Assembly (NCBI RefSeq): GCF_964355755.1
Contig: NC_092672.1
Location: 26,852,437 to 26,916,436, forward strand
Source of the DNA: Antedon mediterranea
Taxonomy: Eukaryota > Animalia > Echinodermata
Reading direction: 5' to 3'
Length of the DNA: 64,000 nucleotides
Shown in pieces: positions 1 to 14,000 of this stretch. The stretch's first letter is position 1. Every line of letters starts with the position of its first letter. The notes under the pieces were generated by a model, which saw nothing but the letters and a program-made list of their open reading frames with translations, was not told where the DNA came from and did no database searches. Position numbers and translations under genes: made by a program.

Positions 1-692
1 TTAAAATGGGGTTTAACATGAACTACACCACAGTGTAGTAGGAGTTCGCATAAATAAAAACGGTATCTCACAGATAATAAAATAACACTAGATAGCTATT
101 AATTGCTTTATTGTTTCTTAATTATTCATAAAAACATACGACTTTTAACATTTGTATGCACATTATCTTTTAATAGCTCATTGTCTTTCAATTACTTCAT
201 GATTTGATTAACATTATCTTTTTTAAATATGTTATCAAAATATCACTAAATCAGTTATATCATAGTTAGATTTAAATATTATAATCTCTATTAAAATATT
301 TTAATAAAACTTTTCATTTTGTTTTAAAGCAAAATTTTTTGTTAGTATAATTTGTATATTAAGCATGATCAATAAATTAAATTCTGGTAACAATTATCTG
401 TAACAACATAGTAAAACTATTAGTAAGGCAAAAATAATTAAAACGTGCAAAAATGCACCATATACCAAATATAGTCCCATACTCAAATGTATGCTTGTAC
501 AGACATGATGTTATATAAAATTCAGTATCTTTAAATATTAGAGTGTGGGCCTACTAATTCTCTTCACATTTCATATCAAGGTCCCCTGGGACTATACTTA
601 ATCATATACAGTAATTTTTGTGCAATCACGTTGATTGCCAAAAGCTAATATGCTTGTCCAAATGGGTGTTGCTTTTGTTTTTTCACATTAAG

Positions 693-815
693 CTCTCTCT
701 ACACTTTCAAACTAGTTTTAAAAAAAAAGTGTAATGTGCTCAAATATGGTAGTGATATGACATCATCATGTCCACATCACATTTTTGAAACATAATGGTT
801 GATAGTGTAGACAGG
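693..815. mobile_element. About 125-bp palindromic MITE, copy 1
   Basis: Ends CTCTACACT(T/A)TCAAACT...TTGATAGTGTAGACAG; second copy at 42960-43092. Confidence 0.7.
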
Positions 816-2086
816 GATTTAGATAGGAACAAATCTTTCATCACCAACATTTAAATTATCCACCATGTATCAGTCGTAGGAAATATCATAAACTTCATAT
901 AGCACCCTCTAGTGTTTGGGGATTGTACAAACTAACCAACTATTATTTTTGCCATAGAATAAAAACATTGTAGCAGTCTCATGTCCTTTTGACACAAGAA
1001 GTGTAGTTTTAGCAGTGAACGTCAACTTTAAAGTCCACTGATTTGTGATTGTTCAAGCTACATTCTCACCTAATTGGCCAAATGGATTTGATGAACACTA
1101 CCCATTTTTTATCCTGTCCATTTCAAAGCAAACCCTTTTTGTCCAGTTTTAGTTAGTTAAATGTTTAACATTTCAACAATTATTAGCTTTATGCCATTTT
1201 CTCTGTAGAATCATTTTTATCCTAACAACCACAAACAAGATTAAAATGCATGTGATAAACACAATCCAAAGTAGTGACCTGGACCTAGAATCGCCACAAG
1301 TTGGGTTAAACTTAACAGAGAATGCTGAACCAAATACAAGCGCATTATAAATTAACATGTCATAGGTCATGTTTAGGTCCTAGGTCAACGCTATTTTCAG
1401 TTCTTCTTTCATACGTTTTCAAAACTAAAGCAAATAGATACTAGTTTTCAATAAGCAAAAATGCTTGGCGTTTGAACAGTGTTTATAGTAAGAATTGTCA
1501 CTAGCCTTGATTCAAGAACTGTAAAGCACATGTACATATTCCAATTACAATAAACTTGGTGTGTAAAGAGTACTTCAAATTAAAAAAAATCATGATCAAT
1601 TCAATTTCTTCATTTAGCTATCACCAACCTGAGACTGATGACATCATGCAAGCCTCAGAAGACGTTGTTCAAAAACAAGGGAAATATTAACCACCTTATT
1701 AGCCTCAGAGTACTGGTATTATTCTCCAATCTAAGAGTCAACCCTTTTTCTTGCAATTTCAATTGAGTATATTATTCTTTCATGAATTACCTACCGAAAA
1801 ACCGGTAGGGACTTCATTTTAAGCATAAAAAAACTAATTTTTTTCCATCCATTTCTTAATCCTCAACACAAGTTACCTGCAGTATTCTTCATGTATTTCT
1901 TCTTTTCTATCTTTTTCAAAATGACTGGGCCTAGACAATCTTGTCTGCCCACCAACATTTGGCCTAGTACAAACTGATGCCTCAATCCTAGGCCTAGGAT
2001 CACAAGCACTTACCAAGATGTGCCTAGTGTCTGGTTGAGCCAATGGCTTCCTAGTGGTTAGTTTAGGCTTCTCAGCAGCCTAGCTC

Positions 2087-5000
2087 TCATTCTGGAGCCT
2101 TTGAAGTGGTTTGATAGAGACCTTTGAGCAGCTTACTCCCTGGTGGGGGTGTGTTATCTTTAGGTGGTGGAACAGGGCCTGCTTCACTCACATAAACATA
2201 TCTAAAGATGAATGTTTAGGAATAAAAACAATTGTAATGCGATTAGTATTTGTTGAACCTGTCCCTAAAAGAGTTTCTAACTATTCCACTACATCCAAAC
2301 AAACCAACTTTAATCAAGGACACTTTTTAAAAACAATATCCACATATCTTATCTTTACGATGAATGTTTCATTAATATTTATAGTTTAAAGTTATATTTA
2401 TTGTATATGGTCATTACGAATTATTTATTTATTTATTTATTTATTCATTTCCCAACCAACAGTGAGCTATTGGCTCACCACTTACAGGAGGGAACACAGA
2501 CAAACACGAACATATACAATAAAAAACATTAAACTAAACTACTAACAATGTTACGAAACTTACGGAAATTATTACTAAAGATATCTAACTCGGGGTTTCT
2601 TAAAGTAAAAGAATTATAAGTTTGACTTAATCTACTAATAAAACCATATTTTTAAAACATTTACTCTACTAAAAGGAATATGAAAAGTAGTATTTCTTCT
2701 AAGACGACGACTAGGGACTCTAAGGTAAAAATTACTAACTAGGTTTAGAATTAATACATTTATACAAAGAAACAAGATAATAAAAGGTTCTACGGGACTC
2801 AGGAGATTGGACATGGAAATGAAATTCAGGATGTAGCGTAAAAAACGGTTATGCAGACGCTGAATGTGCGTAGACTGAGTTTTCGAAATAGTATTAAAAA
2901 TAACAGAACTAAAGTTGAGAATTGGATGGACAATTGAATAATAGAGGTGGATTTTGGTTTGCCTGTCAAAATGTTTACAATTACGCCACATCAGCCCAAG
3001 CAGTCTGTTGCACTTAAAAGAATAAATCTAATGAATGTAAAAGTATATAATTTATTTATTTTTAAGGGAAATTAATCTAAATTTTGACTTATTTTGATTT
3101 GGAAATTAGTGCTTTTATACTGAAATTGTCATTTAGTATAAAGACAAACAGGCAATCACACAATCAAGTCTAATTCATGTCTACCTTATTTCTTAATATG
3201 TGTTAAAGACAATTAAATAGGCATACAAGCAAAGGATACGGATAACGCAACACCCAGAATGCATTCCTTGTCAGTGTAATACCATCTGCACATCCTTCAG
3301 GGTGGAATGTAGGTGTGTATGACGAACCTGGCCGCACCCTGGGGTTGATCTTGATGTACAGAGGCACATCTGGTGTTACGATGAAAGAACGAAGGAGCTG
3401 GCCTAGTGGTGGTTTAGTTGTTCTAGAAATAAAAGAACAAATGTATGGTAAATCGATAGAAAACCTGATGCATTTAGTTTCAGCTTAAATTATTTTGCAC
3501 GGGTTGTCTATACAGCAAAGCTATTAGGGACATTTTAAGCCTGAATAACACTTGGATGCAAGACAGTGACATAAGCGCAACGCAAGTGAATTGACCAATC
3601 AGTGAAAGTTTTGATGATCCCTTGCATCATGATTGGTCAAATAACTTACATTGTGCTTATGTTGTTGCTTAAAATATATACAGTATAAACAGGAATAATG
3701 ATAATATAAGGAGTAAAAAAAAGTTTAATGAGACATAAAATCGGTCTAGAATTAAAAGTGGTACAAACACACACAAAGACAAAACAAAAATGTAAAAAAA
3801 AAAATGATATATAAAACTGCTAATTACAGGAACTGACAATACAATGATGGAAAAGTACCTTACCTGCAAGAGCATGGGAAATATAATGGCATATCCAGAT
3901 GTATGAGCTTTGTAGCTGTTTCCTTCACAACTCCATTGGTAACCTTCACAATCTTGTCGGGGCTTGAGCAGATGAAGCGATGACCTCGTGGACATTCAAA
4001 CTCATTCCCAATGTATGCTCTAATCACATTTTCACCAGATGATTCTAAAAATTGATTTAGATTTCATTTTAATTTTTTACCTACAGAAACTTTACTCTAT
4101 ATATCAAGGTAAATGTTGAATAAACAGCTTATTTTGTTATGTTAGTTAATGGTAGAGGTTGTAATCTTATCCTTTTATTGATGTGAAGTAATGTCATGTA
4201 ATTGCAAACAACCCTGGATACTGCACCTTGTTTACCAGCAGCCCATCTGAATAACAACCCTGGACGGCTTGTTTGACAGAATGTTCATGTCTGGGTGACG
4301 CGATATTTCTTTTCATAATTTGGGGACTCATTCATGAAACGTCACAAAATAAACATTAATAATCATTAGTTGTATCCATAAGGTTTGACATAAGAATAGA
4401 GCCAACTACAGATCGCTAATGCAAATGTTTCTATCCGTCAAGCCGTCTGTGTAATCGAGTGGATTAGACTATGGACTTAACATGTCTATGTATGGGGTTC
4501 GAATCCCATGAGCAACTTCTATTTACTTTATAATCTGAAAGATTATTTAGAAGGTAAGGTTAGTTATATTTAGGAGTAGTTCGGCTATCTTTCACATAAG
4601 GGTGCCCAACTTAAGTACGAAAAAAAAAAAAATCGCGCCCTGACAGCTTGTTTGCAAGCATGTTTAGGTCTGGGTGACTGCCCTGGACAGGTTGTTTGCA
4701 AGCATGTTTATGTCTGGGTGACTGTCCTGGACGGATTGTTTATCCTCATACCTCTGTCTAAAAAAGACAGAGCCAGAGAGTGCCAGGGAAATATTATATA
4801 TTTGTGGCTGGACGAACTTAAACATTAAGGTTAAAATTTAATAAAAATAAAATATATTGCATGTTAGTATTTATTGACATAGTAACACAAGTTTTGCAAA
4901 ATTACAAACAATGAACTTATATTTACCACGATGAGGTCGCTTGTCTCGTTGCCTGCCACCTTTTCGCCCACCTGTCTCCCCTGGAGCAGGCCATGATGGG

Positions 5001-8000
5001 TCCAAATGACTCCCTTTGGGTACAGGTATATCCCATGGTAAGAGATAATTTGAATCCCGTAAAAATCCAGGCTGTTCCACTCCTGTAAAAGAAACATCAT
5101 TAAATAAAAATATGGTGTCAACTGTCATATAAAATTCAGAATCAGACAGAGCTTTAGGCCTACGAATTAATGTCCTTAAAAGACTGTATGAACGAACACT
5201 GCACAGGAATGTATACATTGTTTAGCCTAAATTACACTACTAAACAGCTGAACCCAACACTCAATATCTCCACACTAACGAATAAACAAATTCATCAAGC
5301 AGGAACCATAGACACACATCACATCAAACACAGTCTAACACTCAAGGCTAACCAATTGCTCAAATAAACCAACTTGGTAATTTACAAAATGATTATTGTA
5401 CATATGCTATCCCATGATTCATGTATAATTCATATAGAAATTCAAATTATTTCATAGAAAATACACTTAAACTTCCAATCATTTACTTGCTATTAAATGA
5501 TTATACTATACCTTTAGTAGGATTGTAGGAGCTAGCCTTGCCAAGACACACCAGAGACCATGATGAGTACCTGGGCAGAAGGTGAGGAGGTGAAGTGGTA
5601 CAGGTCATACCCTTCAAGCAGTCTGCAGTGGATAACTGCTTTACAAGTTTGCCTTAAAACAAATATAACATATTATTGATATGAGGTATATTTTCAAGCC
5701 CACTATCAAGCAGCATATGCTACAAAACACGTGTGCAATTGGAGGTTTCAAGATAAGAGTTTTTAAACTGGGAAAGTTTTGCTGATTTGATTAAATAAAA
5801 CTGAATCTACAATTTGAAGCCACACTTTTTGTACTGAGCTGAGCAAACAAGATACATATGCCACCAAAAATTTAATTGTATTTAATGCACTTTATACGAG
5901 TTGTGTTACACATACAACAACTTTTATCATGTCGAGTATTGGCACCAAACGGTGCTCTTTAAACATCAACAGGGGCTGAGATGAACTAGTACACCAGAGT
6001 AACCCCTTAATATTCTAAAAGATGTAATAGATTCTATAAGTCCTTATCCAAGACTTGTTTTACTACCAGAACTATGGTCGACGAAAGCCTTGAAACTGAG
6101 CAATTTTGTGGCTATGGTTTGTGCACAACTGCCATAACCAAAATAAATAAAAAGTCAATCTTTGATTATGTAAGTAAATGAAATACCTCTTTCAGTAATT
6201 ACAGCTTCACTGACACTTAAGCTTGAGTTGTAGTGGGTGAATACATCACTCCCTCCTGATTGGCCAAGACTTAAAGCTGGGCTACATCCAGTGTTACCGG
6301 TACTATGATCTGGTAATGAAGAATCACATACACTTACAATGAAGAATGTATGGTTTAATGGGCATATTATATATACATTTATTTAAATGTATTTAATAAA
6401 TGTAACAGTCTTACCAGTAAACTTTCTTTAACTTTAAAAGGTTTTAAAAATCTGAAGACTTTCACAGAGAAATAACAGTGAGTAAAACAACGTAATAGTG
6501 TACATCAATATTATTCTGAACCCAAGTGTAAAAAAACATTTTTGACAAAGTGCTTCAACCATCTTCCAGACGTCGCCTATATGCTTAATGTATTATAGTT
6601 ATTTCTCAATTTACCTTGTTTTATTTTTTCTACGCTATCTGCGATAGAAGAAGGCCTATTATCATCAGAGGCCACCAGAGCAGGTTCTGCGGATGAGGAT
6701 GGTGATCTTGATGCATAAACTGAAAATGATATCTTCTTCAGCTTACCACAGCACTTCTCTGCCAACTCCTCAAAGTAGTCAAAATTTGCTACCTGAGGAA
6801 AAAGAATATACTTTTCTTACTTTGTATTTATGTTTTAGTAGCATACTGTGATGCCAACTTAAAATTAGAAATTCTCATTTATAATGATAGTTATGTCTTG
6901 CCTAATACAAGGTGCACTTGACTTGTAAACTAGTAATTGTGTCTACACAATGCTAGGGCATATCATCACCAAAAATTTGAACATTTACATTACATTTACC
7001 ACTGAGACTTCTCAGAGAGAGCTTACCCATCTGAACATTCTTATTGTCACATATGGCACTGTATTATGTTAGGGTTAAGTGATGGGTGACATGTGATACA
7101 TATGACGCTGTATTACAGAATTTGCCTATGACAGGGCTCGATTTAGTGCTAGCCCGGCGTACAATGGCTAGTAAAAACAGCTCCGGGCTACCTAAAGTAT
7201 CTTCCTTTAAGCCCGGATGGCTAGTAGGTTGTGGGAACTCGAAATTGGGACGAAATGACCTCATAAAAATAACTCCAGCATAAAAGACATATATGTCTTG
7301 GCAACATCATAAAAAAAAACCACTGGCGCGCTGCTGCTGTGGCCATAACAAGTGATGATGTAGGCGGAGCCTCTCATAATCAAACAAATTTCCCGAATTA
7401 TGATTGGCCATTTATGTTTTTGTCACCCTGGTTATTGTGAAGTAGGCGGAGCTTCATTATCAGGTCAAACATGTCACAAAAATATGACCATAAATAACGA
7501 ACTGTGATTGGCCAAATGTAGTAGAATTTTGCCAATGTTAAAAATAACTTGTCTAGTCTTGTCATCAGGCCTGGTTGTCACAGATCAAAGCTAGGGATAT
7601 TTTGTAGGGCCGGGTGGCTGGCTCTATCCCTGTAGGTAGGCCATGGAGGCCATATTTTATAATATGCGTAGGAGGCCTAGATAGAATCAAAAGCCATCGT
7701 TTGGCATCGTGATGGCTGCTCAGCAGCAGCTAGGCCTAGCTAGATACTACCTAGGCCTAGCTAGGCCTATAGTACCATTTTGGTACAGTAGGCCAGGTGC
7801 TCCAATGCGATCTAGTAGGTAGGTCTATCCTAGCTACCCTACTATAATAATAGGCTCTAGGCCTAGGCCTCTAGCCTAAGGTAGACAGAATCTAATTAGT
7901 TTTCTTGGCTAGGTTGAAGCCCAACAACAAAAAGACCTCAATAAATCGATTCTGTGAATATGTTGAACATGAAATAGACTATGCGTCGCAACGCAAAGTT

Positions 8001-11000
8001 AATTGGCGCTACTGCAGTTTCGCACCACACTGTTAAATCTTCGATTTATCGCTTAATTTTTTTCTCACACCCACATCATACAATTTTGGGCCATTATGTA
8101 ACATGTTTCCATGATTTAGCCACCGTTATATTTACCTTTATCACAATAAAAAATGCCTTTCAAAACAGCTCTATTTCCTCGATCGAACTGTGGCCATTTT
8201 AGAATCAGAAAATTGCCATAAATCAATGCATGTTTTATTTTCTGTTTTTATTTTTAAACTGCAAAGAGTGGTTTTTATAAAGAACCAGCTAGCTCACTGT
8301 ACATATCAAAACGGCAACGATATGAGTCTGTACATAAAACATTGATAGGACCTATTAACATGAATAATAATACTAATATTAATAATGAAATATTAATTAA
8401 ACCTCTCTTTCGCCAGCTGAAAATATTTCTTGCCTTTCAAAACTAAATAGGCCTAGGCCTATATATGTGTAATCGGATTTTATTACACTGGCCTCTATAG
8501 TTTCTACATTTTTTGGGGAAAATGAAGCATACATTCTGGCAATTAAGTGATAAATATAAGATGGCGAACATTTCGCAGTGTGTTGACATCGAGTTCAGTA
8601 TTGTTTAAAATGTTTTGAAAAGTATTGTTATTTAAAAAAAATTACTTCGTAAGTGGTCGAATCGTATAAACATGTTACATAATATTATGTTGTGAGTGTG
8701 AAAAAGAAAAATTTAGGTGAGAAATCGAAGATATAATGGTGTGGTGCGAAACTGCAGTAGCGCCAGTTAATTTTTATGTGAACCGGGATGTGAACAATAA
8801 AGAAATACAATTTTGTGTAATTTTTCATGCAATAATAGTTTAATACAGTTTGTATGTAAATGTGTAGCAATTCTCGAGCGTTTAGATTAGTGCGCCCTCT
8901 ATTGTACAAAATGCCTGAATTCATTTATATGGCGGCCCTGCTATCACGGTGCGATAATAAGAGTGGGCTAGTAAAATAATGTATGGGCTAGTGAAATCTA
9001 CAGTGAACTAGCCCAGTGGGCTAGCAACATGAAAAAGATAAATCGAGCCCTGCTATGACACTGAACAATTTATAGAGCTACAAAGAATCAAGTTGTTGGC
9101 AAACCTTAAGATTAAATGGATCTTCTCTGTAATTAACATCTCGACCACAGTTGCACGCACAAGGGGTGCGGTTATTGTTGGTGTGAGGCATTCTGGGAAG
9201 ACGTCCATCAAGATCTGAATCCACGACATCACTTGGAAGCAGATGAAGCTGAAGTAAAGATTTGAAGACAAATTATATGTTAGTATGATGCCTGCCAGGG
9301 ATAAGTTCAGTCAACAGGGTGTTGCATTTGAGTGATGTACAATTTCTTTATTATACCAAATATGGTATGGTACATTTTTGCCAGGGAAACAAAAGTGCTG
9401 TAGTACCTTTTATATCTCACTTCTCTTGTCTGATAGAACAAAACTTTTCTACTCACTCCCATGTGGCATTTCTATTTTTTAAGCCAATACCTTTTTTTAA
9501 AAGCCAAAATATTTACTTTTACTGAAGAATTAGACTTATGTTACCTTCAATATGCAGTGGTGTCCAGTAAGGCTGGCCACCTCACAGAGTTGTCTTCCAT
9601 TTTGCCAGAACAGCTCACACTCTTCTAACAGCAGATTAGCATACTTCTCTACAGCAGGACCTCTAGCCTGTTGAGTGTAGACTTTCATTGCCTGTGCCAG
9701 CTTAAATGAAAAGATGTTAAATGTGTATAAAGTTGTGTGGTATCAATTGAAAATTTGAGGTATGTGAATAGTAATTATGCTGAACATCAGTTTTAAAACT
9801 AAAATAATAATGTTAAATGCATGATTATAGAAAGGTTTTTTTTAAATAACAATATGCTTTAAAAATTGTTATTGTCAAAGACATGGTACTGTATATATAT
9901 TCCTTTAGTGTACTAAAAGCATTAGCATCATAACCCTAGTGTATGGTATTATTATGTGTAGAGTTTTGTGGCATGTGGTGCTCAGTAGGACTGGAAACAA
10001 AATAGACTTCCACTGCTTAATCTGTTCCTTCATCACCATAAATGTCTTACACTACAGACATCCTATTTGTAATTTGAAAAACTTGTTACCTTGTTTCGGT
10101 GGACTGTGCTGATATAAAAGGGAGAGGCATTCTCCTGATACATTCTACTTGCCACAGGTACAATCTTTGCACAACGACTGCAAAAAAAAAAAAAACCAAA
10201 ACCCTTGCATATTAAAACAACTCATCTGATGAGATGAATAGTAATCAATTATTATAAGGAAACATCAAAAAATTAATTGAGTCTCCAAAGTTTCTGAGCA
10301 ATCTCAATTTTGGGTAATCAATACAATTTTTCTCAAGCAAATATATTCTCTAGCCTATCTTTTAATTGACAGATCAACTCTGAGTGAAGTTAACAAAATC
10401 AAACAAAGACAAATGAACATGACAGAAATGATATAGTGGGCCTTTATAGTGAAGCTAAGTTTATTTGAATGATGATGTGAGGAATTAAGAAATATGCCTA
10501 CTTACGCATCAGAAAATCTCATCTCCAAGTCTAAAGATGCCTTCAGGTTGTTGAAGTGGCTCTGTAGCTTGCTGTCTAAATTCTCACCAAAGAAGACATC
10601 AAAGACCTTTGCAGACACCTCATGCCACTTCCGCAATACTGGTACCTTGAATCGAAGAATAAAACAAATAAAAGTCTGACATTTATCAATGTTTGCTTAA
10701 TTGAGAGTTAAGAAGTGTGAAAAATGAAGACTATTTATCAAATCATTTCTTTTAATCTTGAAATATGTAATAAAATTTGCTTATACTAGGTTATAAACAA
10801 ACAAAGCTGATGTATGCCGAAATATGTTTTATAAATTTAACTCTTATTCGAGGAACCTGTCTAGCTAAAAGTACAGACTTGAATGTTAATATTCTTTTAA
10901 TTCTTATACTTTTATATAAAAATGTTCTCTTTTCTATAGAACTTAAGCCCCAATAACATGAAAAATGATTATTAATCAAAAAATACTTTGAATAGGCAAT

Positions 11001-14000
11001 TTCGCACTTGAAAAAAAGTTCAAGACAAAATAAACGGTTAAATTCAACAAAAAAACACATTGAATTCCAGTCAACTTTACTATTTTTTGAGTTAAATTAA
11101 GTTTTTTCAGGTAAATCATTTTGTTTTTGATTCAATTTTTGGTCAAAGTGAATAACTAATGCGACATTAAAATGGCATAATGAACAAAAATATGTTAAAC
11201 AATTATGTTTTTTAGGGGACAATATATCTTTCAGGGAAATCCTGAATTATTTATTGACTGAAGTGAATAGTAGCTTTGGTGAATACGATATAATAGTAGT
11301 GTAAATTGTTACAGAAAGTATACTATATTACTGTTGCTGACATTTTTTTCTTACCTCTAGATGTGATGGAACTGCTCCCCGCACAAGCCCATCATCAAAG
11401 CCCTTCTTTTGCAACACCAGATTTACATGCTGTATAATGAAAGCTTTCATAGAGTCATCCTCACCCTCTCCAACTTGTGTCTGGGGGTCATCAAGAGATG
11501 ACCAAGTGGATGACCTTGACCGACGTGGCTCTTGATGCTTTCTTAGTTTATTTGACACTGTGTAAATAACAGATTAAATTAAAGAATAATTTAATAAGGT
11601 GGTGATTGCTGCATAGGCTTTACTTAAATGTGCCTACAGATCAGGGGGGGATTGCTATAAGCAGTCTATAGATGGTCTTAGCGCTTAGCCGGTTATAATT
11701 TGTGACGTAGCAAGTAGTCTTCATTATAGACCATTGCTATACCGCGGTCTAACCTGTAAACGGTCTTTAAAATTAAAGCCTACTCGAAGGAGTCTTAAAA
11801 CAATCATAAACCTCTCTTTTTGTTGCTTATTATACGTATTACTATTATTGATCGTGAAAGACAACCAAGTTAACAAGTTTTAAGAGCCATTGTCTGTAAA
11901 AATCAAAGATTTGGTGGCATGATGTAAAAAAATGGATTTCTCTCAAATTTTTACCATGAATAGACATTTCAATAAAAAGCATATCTACAACATTCATTTT
12001 AATTTTTAGCCTCCGTTGCCATGACAACGGTCAATTATCCAAATTTTGATGTTTTTACCATTTTCACAGATTTTCCATAGTGAAAAAGTACAAACTTGTA
12101 TACTTATTTTAACCAAAAATACTTACAGTATACAGTTTTTGTTTATGGGTGTTTCCATAAATTAAGGGGCCAGTGGGTATTTTAGTATTGGTGATAGTTA
12201 GTTTGCTGTTTACTCTAAATTGGTAATAGTTATTTAAAAAATAATTTTATCATATGATAGAACAATAATATGGGTTAATACTATTACATGTTGGAAAAAA
12301 AAAATTGCAAAAAAAAACGATTTAAAAAAAAAATATATCGTGGTGTCTAGCTCATTTTATTAAAATATGTGTGACATTTAAATACACTGACATATCAGAG
12401 TTTAAAAAATATAGTACAGCAATAGTTATTTTGTATTTATTTATCATCACAATAGAGTACAAAGCAACGTTAAATATAAGCTAATTACAATTTCCCACGA
12501 TTTTTTGTTTTCCACACAACGGTCCGCGACGTCCAGCATCACAACGTAACATTTCGTGTCTCACTTTGTTACGTTGTTAGTACGATCTTTATTAGTGAAC
12601 AGACACAAGAAGTACCACTATAATGACGAAAATCGAATTACATTCACTACAACAGATCACTGAAATTTACCTTACACAATGTTCTACAAAATGGCGATTT
12701 TATTTAGTCATTTACAGACGAAAAACTATTTTTTTAGAACATTTCGTGTCTCGTATATTCGTTACGTAGTTATTCATAGACCATCGGTGGTGAACGACGC
12801 GAGAGCTATTTCTGAAGTTGAAGGTCACGTGATTCAAGAAGCAGGCGAACTAAAGTCTAAATAGCAGTGTAAACAACATGTATTGAGTTCCATTTAATGT
12901 AAAAAAAAAAAAAATTACAAAATGGAGTTTGGTTGATACCATTATTTTAAAAAGGGGTGTTTTTAAAAAATATTTTTTTTATAAAAGTATACCTCATAAA
13001 CGTACCTATAACTTCCAAAGTGGTGTTTTTAAATCAATGAGGTTTTTTAATTTGATAGTCAATAGGTTTGTCAACAATAATCACGAAAAAAACACTGGGG
13101 TAAATTTCGTACATAGGTTTTGTGTTGCCAGGAAAATACGAAAAATACAAAAAAATACAAACAAAATATCAACAAAAAACACATGAAACACAATTTAAAT
13201 ATGGCTAATCCAATAATAAAATGTATGTGGCTTGTCATAATGCTACAAGAGTCATACGAATAGTTTAGATAAAATAGGAGAATGTGTTGCCAGGTTTATT
13301 TCAAATAATTGCCAGAAAAACAGTATTTTGCATTGAAATATTTAGTTGATGGAAAATAATGTTAAACTTTGAAATAATTCCGTCAATGGTTTTTATAAAT
13401 TTTTAAATCTATTTTGTGTAAAGAGATACAGAAAGACCCCACAAAAAAATCTGACCTTGTAAATAGGTCATTTGAGGTCAAAAGGGGTCAGAATGCAAAA
13501 CAAGACAGGTCCCCACTTTACTACAACTATTAATGTTTGATCAAAATTTACAAGATGGTTCATAAAAATTCTTAACAATTTTAATTTTTTACCTACAGTG
13601 TTACCTTAGCAACCATTTCTATGTGTAACTAAGGAAAGTAATTTAAAAAAAAACGTAAGAAATGGCATTTTTATAAATACAAAGAATTGATTGCATTTGT
13701 AATTTTTCTCAATTTTACTTCTACTGCATTCTATTAATCTTGGGGGGTGGTGGATTGGAGTCGAAATTGGTGGTGGATGGGCATTTGGGATCTGCTTAGG
13801 TTAACAAATAAAAGAAGTAAACAAATGAAAGAGGAGCTTCAAAATAAGAGAGGAGTAATCTGTTGCAAAGATTAAAATTCACAACGATCTGATAATTTAT
13901 TCAAATTTCCAGAGGATATAACCTATAAAATGACATTAAAACTGGGAATTACAGAATCTATAATAAAAAAAAAATTTTTTTCTCACAACACAACTAGAAC

